In this document: piece by piece, positions 9,531 to 17,375 of the stretch
Layout of the letters: each line of letters starts with the position of its first letter
Position numbering within the stretch: position 1 is the stretch's first letter
Source: Candidatus Marinacidobacterium sp.
GTDB lineage: Bacteria > Acidobacteriota > Vicinamibacteria > Marinacidobacterales > Marinacidobacteraceae
Length of the DNA: 64,000 bases
Direction of reading: 5' to 3'
NCBI GenBank assembly: GCA_965204755.1
Contig: OZ242011.1
Span: 1,024,001-1,088,000, forward strand
Notes under the pieces: model-generated
Told to the model about the DNA's origin: nothing
The model's database searches: none
The model's input: only the letters and a program-made list of their open reading frames with translations
Translations under genes and position numbers: made by a program

Positions 9531-9854
9531 ATGTTCAGCACTCGGCGGGTCGGTCTCCGGCCTTGGACCCTCTTCCTGCGCGGCGTGGGAAGCCTGATCG
9601 AAATCTGTCCTCCCAAGAGTCGCTACTACGAACTCCTCCCCCCGAGGACTGTCGAGCAAACGTTCGCGGAGTACCGCGCCAACATCGAGCACTACTTGGG
9701 CGCGGCCACCCGCGCGTGGGAGGTGGAGCACCAGGAAGAAGCGCGCGGCGGGGAAGAACCGCCCGGCGGGGAAGAACCGCCCGGCGGGGAAGAACCGCCC
9801 GGCGCGCCGAACGAGTCCGACTCGACGAAGTCCGAAGAAGAAGAAACCGGCTGA
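9531..9854 (+). CDS. Small hypothetical protein with acidic repeat tail
   Basis: Plausible codon usage from ATG 9531; ends 25 nt before the methyltransferase on the same strand. Confidence 0.5.
   Translation: MFSTRRVGLRPWTLFLRGVGSLIEICPPKSRYYELLPPRTVEQTFAEYRANIEHYLGAATRAWEVEHQEEARGGEEPPGGEEPPGGEEPPGAPNESDSTKSEEEETG
9747..9800 (+). repeat. 18-bp tandem repeat x3 (encodes GGEEPP)
   Basis: GGCGGGGAAGAACCGCCC at 9747, 9765 and 9783. Confidence 0.9.
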
Positions 9855-9878
9855 CCCCGGCCCGACTTCGCCGCCGCC

Positions 9879-11123
9879 GTGCCCCGCGCCCGCCGCCCTC
9901 CCGAGTACCGGGTGGAATCGGTCCGGGGCGCGAAGAATGTCGCCTCGCTCTATCTCCGGGAGATCGATCTGGAGAACAGCGTTCGTTTCGGGCTGCCGGA
10001 AGTGGACGACCGCTACCACTGCTGGCGGGTTCCGCTCAAGTCGAACGGTCACGCGGTCGGCGAAGTCGTCGTCGACGCGAAGACCAGCCTCGTGGTCGAG
10101 GAAAAGACCACCACGCGGGAAGTCCTCGAATCCCGCATCCTCGGCCGCGCCGCGCCCCGGGCGCCGAAGACGGCAAAGAAGAACGCCGCGCCGCGGATCT
10201 CCACGGTCCGGAACACGATCGGCATCGGGGATTCCGAGCAACTCCTCCTCGAAACGCCGGCGGAGTCGGTGGACCTGGTCTTCACCTCCCCGCCGTATTT
10301 CAACGCCCGGCCGGAATACGCCGACTACATCGAGTACGAGGAATACCTGCTGAAGATGAAGCGGGTCCTGAGCCAGTGCCACCGCGCGCTGGGCGAAGGA
10401 CGCTTCTTCGTCCTCAATGTATCGCCCGTCCTCGTCCGCCGATCCAGCCGCTCCGAAGCGTCCCGGCGCCTGGCCGTCCCCTTCGATTTCCACCGGCTGT
10501 TCATCGAGACCGGTTTCGTCTTCATGGACGACATCATCTGGCAGAAACCCGAAGGCGCCGGCTGGGCCACCGGCCGGGGCCGCCGGTTCGCCGCCGACCG
10601 CAACCCGCTCCAATACAAGCCCGTTCCGGTGACGGAGTATGTCTTGGTCTATCGCAAGAAGACGGACCGCTTGATCGACTGGAACATCCGGAAGCATCCG
10701 GACCAGGAGGCCGTCCGGCAGTCCAAGATCGGCGACGGTTACGAAGTAACCAATATCTGGAAGATCCACCCGGCCCACTCGCCGCACCATCCGGCAGTCT
10801 TTCCGCAGGAACTCGCCGCGAAGGTGATCACTTACTACAGTTTCCGCAACGATGTGGTGCTGGACCCCTTCGGCGGCATCGGCACGACGGCCGAAGCGGC
10901 GCACCGCAACGGACGCCGGTTCGTCCACTACGAGATCTCCGACGAGTACGCGGAAGTGTTGCGGAACTCCATCTCCTCCTGGTATTCCGAACCGCTGGAC
11001 TCCATCAACTGGGTCAACACCGAAGCGCCCGACGATGCTCCGTTCCGACTGTTCGTCGACCGCGCGCCGCAGGAGAACGACACTCGGCCCTTCGTGGAAG
11101 GCGTCGCAAGTAGAGAGGCTTGA
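9879..11123 (+). CDS. Beta-class N4-cytosine/N6-adenine DNA methyltransferase with extra N-terminal domain
   Basis: Motif IV VDLVFTSPPY precedes HPAVFP and motif I VLDPFGGIGTT; IIWQK and E-Y-V segments are typical of the N6_N4_Mtase family. Confidence 0.9.
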   Translation: MPRARRPPEYRVESVRGAKNVASLYLREIDLENSVRFGLPEVDDRYHCWRVPLKSNGHAVGEVVVDAKTSLVVEEKTTTREVLESRILGRAAPRAPKTAKKNAAPRISTVRNTIGIGDSEQLLLETPAESVDLVFTSPPYFNARPEYADYIEYEEYLLKMKRVLSQCHRALGEGRFFVLNVSPVLVRRSSRSEASRRLAVPFDFHRLFIETGFVFMDDIIWQKPEGAGWATGRGRRFAADRNPLQYKPVPVTEYVLVYRKKTDRLIDWNIRKHPDQEAVRQSKIGDGYEVTNIWKIHPAHSPHHPAVFPQELAAKVITYYSFRNDVVLDPFGGIGTTAEAAHRNGRRFVHYEISDEYAEVLRNSISSWYSEPLDSINWVNTEAPDDAPFRLFVDRAPQENDTRPFVEGVASREA

Positions 11124-11130
11124 GACACCG

Positions 11131-12582
11131 ATGAGACACGCGTGGACCCGCGCCCTGCTCGGGGTGGCGGCGGTTTGGGTGGCAGGCTGCTCGCCGCCGA
11201 ACGGGGACCTGGTGGCGCCGGCCACCTTGGAAGCCGCCGCGGAGGCCGCGGCGGCGGAAGTTCGGGAGGCGGTCGAGGCGGACGGGAGGGGCGGGGCGGC
11301 GCTCGGGATCTTCGTGGGCGGGGAGGCGGTGCTGGTCGAGGGGTTCGGGCTGGCGGACATGGAGAGCGGGGAGGCGGCGGGCCCGGAGCACTTGTTCCGC
11401 ATCGGCTCCATCACGAAACCGGTGACGGCGATGGCGATGTTGGCGTTGATCGAGGAGGGGCGGGCGCGGCGCGGCGATCCGGTGCGGCGGTTCGTGCCGG
11501 AGTTGTCGCGGGTGGAGAACCCGCTCGATTGGGCGCCGGGGCCGACGATCTTCCAACTGGCGACGATGACCGGGGGGTTGGCGCGGGAACCGGCGAACTT
11601 GCCGACTTACCTCGTGGGCGCTCCGGAGGAATGGCTTTCCGTCGTGTTCCGGGCGTTGGAGGAGACTCGGTTCGAGTACGAGCCGGGCACGAAGTACCGG
11701 TACTCGAACATCGGGTATGCAGTGCTCGGCGGCGCGGTGGAGCGGGCGGCGGAGCAGCCGTTCATGGAGTTCGTTTCGGAGCGGCTGCTGCGGCCGCTGG
11801 GGATGGAGGAGACGATCTTCTACCCGACGGAAGCGCTTTCGGGGCGGATCGCCGCCGGGTACCAGGTGGAGGACGACGGCACGGTGGATGCCGAGACTCC
11901 GGCGCGGGAACACGGGGGACGCGGTTACAAGGTGCCGAACGGGGCGCTCTACTCGACGGTCGCCGACTTGGGCGTGTTCCTGCGGTTTCTGGTCGGCGTG
12001 GAGGCGGCGGCGTTCGATGCGGTGATCCCTTCGGGAACGCGGCAGGACAACCTCACCCGGACCTTCGCCGCCGGCGACCTGGCGAGCGGCTACGGCTTCG
12101 GGTTCATGTCCCGCCGCCTGGGGGACGCCGCCGGCGGGGAGTTCACCGCCTACGGCCACGGCGGCAGCGTCGCCGGCTACCGCGCCGCCGCGTGGATCGA
12201 ACCGGAGACCGGGGCCGCGGTCGTCGTCCTGCGGAATGTCGGCGGGGACTCGGTGAGCGTCGGTGACCTCGCGTCGTCGGCGCTCGGGCGCGTGGTGGCG
12301 TCCGTGCGACACGGTGATCCCCCCATCCGTGCGAACGGCGTCCGTCCCCCTCACCCCGCGTTCGGACAAACAAGGCTGTACACTCATCCGCCCCTACGGC
12401 GCTCAACTCACCCACCTCCCGCGTCACACATCTTGCTGCATCGGTTGGCGGGCACGCACTCCACGCCCTTCCTCCAGCTCGCGAATACGCCCGTCCCGGT
12501 CTTGTCGGCAGATAGACCTATCGGGAGTCGGCCGCAATACCGGCCCACTGGGCGTTTCTCGACCTTCACCACCTACGACTGA
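11131..12582 (+). CDS. Serine hydrolase / beta-lactamase class C-like lipoprotein
   Basis: Lipobox VAGC; FRIGSITK (SxxK), YSN, GHGG; atypical C-terminal tail of about 90 aa. Confidence 0.85.
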   Translation: MRHAWTRALLGVAAVWVAGCSPPNGDLVAPATLEAAAEAAAAEVREAVEADGRGGAALGIFVGGEAVLVEGFGLADMESGEAAGPEHLFRIGSITKPVTAMAMLALIEEGRARRGDPVRRFVPELSRVENPLDWAPGPTIFQLATMTGGLAREPANLPTYLVGAPEEWLSVVFRALEETRFEYEPGTKYRYSNIGYAVLGGAVERAAEQPFMEFVSERLLRPLGMEETIFYPTEALSGRIAAGYQVEDDGTVDAETPAREHGGRGYKVPNGALYSTVADLGVFLRFLVGVEAAAFDAVIPSGTRQDNLTRTFAAGDLASGYGFGFMSRRLGDAAGGEFTAYGHGGSVAGYRAAAWIEPETGAAVVVLRNVGGDSVSVGDLASSALGRVVASVRHGDPPIRANGVRPPHPAFGQTRLYTHPPLRRSTHPPPASHILLHRLAGTHSTPFLQLANTPVPVLSADRPIGSRPQYRPTGRFSTFTTYD

Positions 12583-12586
12583 GAAC

Positions 12587-14674
12587 ATGCAGGCGATACA
12601 AGCGCCCGTCACGGAGTTCATTCGTCAACGAGGACAGTTCATCGTTCCCGTGTTCCAACGGGACTACACTTGGACTGCCGAGAGGGAGTGTTCCCAGTTG
12701 TGGAACGATCTCATCTTCGCCGCCTCTCTACCGGAGAAGAGCTGCCACTTCCTCGGTTCGATTGTCCACAAGAAGGTTGGCGGTGGTGTCACCCTGCCCC
12801 AGTACTTGATCATTGATGGTCAACAACGTCTCGCGACGCTGACGCTTCTTCTTATCGCCGTTCGGGACCACATCGCCAAGACTGGCGTTACACCCGAGGC
12901 GCTGCCTTCCGTACCAGAACTCGACGACTACTATCTCTTGAACACTCACAAGAGCGGCCGGTCCCGTTACCGGATGCTTCTTCGCCGACAAGATGCCGAG
13001 GCTCTCATCCGTTTGGTTGACGGACACGACGAACCTGATGGTTCCGAACTGGTCTCGCGAAACTACGAGTGGTTCCGCGCTCGGGTCGAGACAGCCGATC
13101 TTGATGTACTTTGGCACGGGCTCAGTCGACTCGTCATTGTTGATGTTTCGCTGCACGACGACGACGATGCGCAATCGATCTACGAAAGCTTGAACGCCAC
13201 CGGCATAAGGCTTCGTGTTTCGGATCTAGTCCGCAACTATCTGCTCATGAATCTGCCGCTGGACCGACAGACTGCTCTCTACGAGACACATTGGAGCGAG
13301 GTCGAGGCTCTCTTCCGCGGGAATCTTGACGACTTTGATCGTTTCGTACGAGACTGGCTGGACCTCAGAACACGAGCAGCGTTTCGGACACCATGGCCCG
13401 AAGTCTACACTCGATTCCGACATCACTGGCACGATAGACGGGACGCTAATCTCACTGTCGACCTTGACGACATTCGAAAGGCGGCGCGAAGCAACGCAGC
13501 GTTTCGATTCGGTACCAACGCACCTCAGGTTCACCGTGAGCACTATTCGTTCATCAGGGCCGCTGCACGGGTCGCACCCGCGATCACCGTTATGCGCCTC
13601 CATGAATCTCTGAGACGCCACGACGGCATCTCCGAAAGAGCCTATCAGGAGGCCTTGATGTTGATCGAGAGCTTTCTCATGAGGCGAGCCGTGTGCGGCG
13701 AGCCGACCAATTCCTATGAGAAAGCCTTTTGTTGGTTGTCATCGCAACTTCGGGATGACAACGCGTTGATCGATCTGAAGACGTCCTTTCAGCGTCGGCC
13801 TTGGGGATACCACTTCCCTTCCGACGCTGAGTTCGAAAGCGCCCTTCTTGAGAATCCACTGGCGAAGAATCGGTTCATCAAGACACTGCTTGAACGCTTG
13901 GAGACCCACGAGAATAGGGCCCGCCCGGACACGAGTCGTTACACCGTGGAGCACATCCTGCCCCAGAACCCACAACCGCGTCGAGGATGGTCGGGAATTT
14001 CGCCCGAACGGTTCCCGGAGGTGCAAGAACAGTGGGTACACAGACTGGGCAACCTTACGCTCACGGCGTACAACTCCCGGTACTCTGACCATCCGTTCGA
14101 GGAGAAGAAAACGATGGCCCGCGGCTTCTTGGAGAGCGCCTTGAGCATCAACAGGTATGTCAACGAGCAGACTGTGTGGACGGAAGTAGAGATCGAAGAG
14201 CGCACGAGACTACTTGCTGCGCGCGCCTTGAAGGTGTGGCCGGCGCTTGATGTTGATGGAGCCCTTGTGGAGCGTGCGGAATTCCGTGACTTGTGTTCTG
14301 GACCGCACGCCAGAACAAAGATTTTCGCTTCGCCTGGTGTTCGCGTACTCTTCGAGCGGTACAGGAGCGCTATCTGCGGTGTCGGTTCCGACATCGTTGA
14401 GCTGACGGACGGCAAGGCGGCGAGTTATCACCGAGATGGTCGCTACTTCGCGGAGATCGTTCCCAGGACGCACGATTTGCGCGTGTTGCTACGCCTTGAT
14501 CGAGACCGTGCTGAGAAGACGGCTCCGCACTGGGTATGGGACTCCTCAAAGATCCAACACGCCCGGTATGTGCAGCGGATGCCTACCCGTTTCTGGCATT
14601 TCCCTCACGAGGAGGAATCCGAATTCAAGATCGCGTTGAGGCTGATTGCGATGGCGTATTCGTCATTGGACTAG
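12587..14674 (+). CDS. GmrSD-like restriction nuclease (DUF262 + DUF1524 HNH) with extra C-terminal domain
   Basis: VPVFQRDYTW, IIDGQQRL, IYESLNATG (DUF262); TVEHILPQ...RLGNLTLT..N (DUF1524); visibly lower GC than its neighbours. Confidence 0.88.
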   Translation: MQAIQAPVTEFIRQRGQFIVPVFQRDYTWTAERECSQLWNDLIFAASLPEKSCHFLGSIVHKKVGGGVTLPQYLIIDGQQRLATLTLLLIAVRDHIAKTGVTPEALPSVPELDDYYLLNTHKSGRSRYRMLLRRQDAEALIRLVDGHDEPDGSELVSRNYEWFRARVETADLDVLWHGLSRLVIVDVSLHDDDDAQSIYESLNATGIRLRVSDLVRNYLLMNLPLDRQTALYETHWSEVEALFRGNLDDFDRFVRDWLDLRTRAAFRTPWPEVYTRFRHHWHDRRDANLTVDLDDIRKAARSNAAFRFGTNAPQVHREHYSFIRAAARVAPAITVMRLHESLRRHDGISERAYQEALMLIESFLMRRAVCGEPTNSYEKAFCWLSSQLRDDNALIDLKTSFQRRPWGYHFPSDAEFESALLENPLAKNRFIKTLLERLETHENRARPDTSRYTVEHILPQNPQPRRGWSGISPERFPEVQEQWVHRLGNLTLTAYNSRYSDHPFEEKKTMARGFLESALSINRYVNEQTVWTEVEIEERTRLLAARALKVWPALDVDGALVERAEFRDLCSGPHARTKIFASPGVRVLFERYRSAICGVGSDIVELTDGKAASYHRDGRYFAEIVPRTHDLRVLLRLDRDRAEKTAPHWVWDSSKIQHARYVQRMPTRFWHFPHEEESEFKIALRLIAMAYSSLD

Positions 14675-14967
14675 GGACCGGCCGTGCGCGGGCGCGAGGC
14701 CATGGGTGCAGGCGAACGCTGAGCGAGACCCGAGAGCACACTGGTGGCGAGTAGCCCCGCATCGCGCCGCGCAATGGCGCGGGCGGGAGGCAGAGTCGGT
14801 TGGCTCGTCGGGGTCGTGGCCAAGACGATGTGATACGAGGAAGTGCCGTAGGCCGTGATTCGAGTTTCCGGAGCGACTCCACAACGGCCGGCGACGCGAC
14901 TCCGGCCCTCGTGAACCGGCTGTGCCGACCGCGATGGGAGGCCGTGGCGGGCCGACACGGGAGGGGG

Positions 14968-15888
14968 TCAGGGGCGGCGGAGGAGGCGGTGGGCTTGTTC
15001 GAGGTGGAGGGGTTCCAGGAGTTGGCCGTCCAGTTCGGTTACGGCTTCGCCGCGGGCGGCGGCCGATTCCATGGTGGTGATGACGCGTTCGGCCCAGTGG
15101 CGTTCGGTGGGGGTGGGGGCGAAGGCGGCGTGGATGAGGGGGATTTGGGAGGGGTGGACGGCGGTCATTCCGTCGAAGCCCTGGCGGGCGGCGCGGCGGG
15201 CGGCGCGGGTGGTTCCTTCTCGGTTGCGGAAGGCGAAGTGGGGGGCGTCCCAGGCGCGGACTCCGGAGGCGCGGGCGGCGAGGAGGAGGCGTTGGCGGGC
15301 GTGGGTGAGGGCCGGGGGGTCGGTTTCGGGGGATTCGGGATGCGGCGCGGAAGGCTCGGAGGGGGCGGGCGGAGTCGTCGCTGACTCGGGGGCGGGGGTG
15401 GACGCAGGGCCCGAAGTGCGGAGGCCGAGGCTGAGGGTGTAGTCGGCGGAGCCGAAGATGAGGCCGGCGACGCCGGTGATGCCGGAGAGGTGGAACGCCC
15501 GCGCCATTCCCGCGGCGGTTTCGATCATGAGGAGCAGGGGCGGCGGGCCGATGGAGCGGGACCGGGCGGTGAAGATGGGCCCGGCTCCTTCCACCTTGGG
15601 GAGGACGATGTTCTCGAAGCCGGCCTTCCACGCGGCTTCGAGGTCGGCGCTCCACCACGGGGTGTCCGGGCCGTTCACGCGGACCGCCGCGCGGGCGCCG
15701 GCGTCGGTGAGGCGGCGGCGGGCGTCGGCGAGGGCGGAGCGGGCCTCCGCCTTCCGGTCGGGGTGGACGCCGTCTTCGAGGTCGAGGATGAGGAGGTCGG
15801 CGCCGCGCTCGGCCGCTTTCTCGATCATTCGGCGGTTGGACGCGGGCACATAGAGGAGCGAACGGACGCCGGCGAGGGGTTCGGACAT
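14968..15888 (-). CDS. CitE/HpcH-family CoA ester lyase
   Basis: Motifs RSLLYVP, LILDLEDGV, VRVN, LPKVE, MIET, FGSADY, GFDG..AVHPSQI. Confidence 0.88.
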   Translation of the reverse strand: MSEPLAGVRSLLYVPASNRRMIEKAAERGADLLILDLEDGVHPDRKAEARSALADARRRLTDAGARAAVRVNGPDTPWWSADLEAAWKAGFENIVLPKVEGAGPIFTARSRSIGPPPLLLMIETAAGMARAFHLSGITGVAGLIFGSADYTLSLGLRTSGPASTPAPESATTPPAPSEPSAPHPESPETDPPALTHARQRLLLAARASGVRAWDAPHFAFRNREGTTRAARRAARQGFDGMTAVHPSQIPLIHAAFAPTPTERHWAERVITTMESAAARGEAVTELDGQLLEPLHLEQAHRLLRRP

Positions 15889-16017
15889 GGGTGGAATCTT
15901 CGCCTACGGCCGGGCGGCTGCGGCGCTGGGGGGACGGCGGAGCGCGGGCGGCGCGTCGGGGGCCGTGGCGGCGGAACGGGGAACCGCAGGCGGCGGGGGA
16001 TCGTTAGGAACGGTCAT

Positions 16018-16599
16018 ATGCTCGACGCCCTCCGACGCCACTGCTTCCTTCGCCTCGGCGCGGTCGCCGCCGCGGGGTTCGCGCTGCTCGCCGCGCCGGC
16101 GGCGCAGGCGGCCAACCAGACCGACCAGCCCTGGATCCATGTCCGGGTCGAGGGCGCGTCGGAGGACGAGCGCGTCGCGGTGAATGTGCCGCTCGCCGCC
16201 GCGGGCGCGATGGCCGATTCGCTCGGGGAGGAGATCTTCGGCGAACTGTACGAAGAGGTGGCCGAGCACGCGGACGAGGACGAAATCGTCGAACTCCGCG
16301 ACCTCTGGCAGGCGCTGCGCGACGATCCCGGGACTTCCATCGACATCTCCGAGGGCGGGAGCGAACGGCTCACCGCGGTCATGGACGGCGACGAAGTGCG
16401 GGTCGAGGGCAGCGGCGACGACGGGACGATCTTCATCCGCGTTCCCGTGGCTTTCGGCGATGCGCTCTTCGCGGGGGACGACCCGACCGAACTCGACTTC
16501 GCCGCGGCGTTGGAGACTCTCTCCACTCACGAAGGCGACCTGGTTTCCGTGGAGGGCGACGACGGGCGGGTCCGGGTCTGGATCGGGCCCCAGGAGTAA
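16018..16599 (+). CDS. Secreted hypothetical protein
   Basis: Signal peptide ending AQA; acidic body with WIHVRVE, VNVPL, IRVPV; C-terminus VRVWIG. Confidence 0.7.
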   Translation: MLDALRRHCFLRLGAVAAAGFALLAAPAAQAANQTDQPWIHVRVEGASEDERVAVNVPLAAAGAMADSLGEEIFGELYEEVAEHADEDEIVELRDLWQALRDDPGTSIDISEGGSERLTAVMDGDEVRVEGSGDDGTIFIRVPVAFGDALFAGDDPTELDFAAALETLSTHEGDLVSVEGDDGRVRVWIGPQE

Positions 16600-16641
16600 A
16601 GCGGGCGGACGGCGCCCGGAGACGAAACGAGGAGTTCCATC

Positions 16642-17322
16642 GTGCTGCGTGTTCTCGGTTACCTGTTCCTGCTCGCGCTGGTGGCGGCGCTGCTGTTCAG
16701 CGCGTGCGTTTCCGCTTGCGGCGTCGCGGTAGTCTCGGTGGCCGCGGAGGGCGAAACCTTCACCGCGCCGGTCCCGCTGCTTCTGCCGCTGGCGGCGTTG
16801 CGGTTCGCGCCGGAGCGCCTGTTCGACGGGCGGTTGTTCGACGACCGTCATGAGCGCTACCGGCGCGCCTTCGAGGAGCGCCGGGCCTGGCGCCGGGACG
16901 GACGGGAATGGCGGCATTGGCGGCGCGGCGAATTTCCCCGGCTGCCGCCGGAGGCCGTGCTGGGAATGCGCGCAGTCTCCGGGCTGCTCGACTCGCTGGA
17001 AGGCGTGGAGAACGCGCAACTCGTGGAAGTGCGCGACGGGGAGAGCCGCGTGAGCGTCTCCGTCGAAGACGGCGAACTGGTGGTGCTCGCGCGCGACGGC
17101 GTCCGGGACGCGCGGGGAACCGATGAGGCCCGAAACGGCGATACCGTGGAAGTGCGCGTCCCGCTCGAAGCGCTCCGGGAGGCGGCGGACGCCTGCCGCG
17201 AGGACGGGGAGCGCGTGGAGTGCGACGCGCGCCGTTTGGCGTCCCGGTTCCTGCGGGCGGCGCGCGGTTCGACAGTTCGCGTCGAAGCGGAAGACGCGCG
17301 GGTCGGGATCACCGTCTGGTAG
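16642..17322 (+). CDS. Membrane-anchored hypothetical protein
   Basis: GTG preceded by GAGGAG; N-terminal hydrophobic segment; PVPL and VRVPL motifs; C-terminus VGITVW. Confidence 0.7.
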   Translation: MLRVLGYLFLLALVAALLFSACVSACGVAVVSVAAEGETFTAPVPLLLPLAALRFAPERLFDGRLFDDRHERYRRAFEERRAWRRDGREWRHWRRGEFPRLPPEAVLGMRAVSGLLDSLEGVENAQLVEVRDGESRVSVSVEDGELVVLARDGVRDARGTDEARNGDTVEVRVPLEALREAADACREDGERVECDARRLASRFLRAARGSTVRVEAEDARVGITVW

Positions 17323-17375
17323 CGGCCCCGGCGGCGGCGAAAAGCCCGCCCGGAAAGCCCGCCCGCGCGGGCCGG

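Noticed and set aside
12307-14960. 8-bp direct repeat CGACACGG (12307 and 14953) as a target-site duplication of the GmrSD cassette
   Set aside because: Short enough to arise by chance, and excising the interval does not restore a nearby stop codon for the hydrolase.
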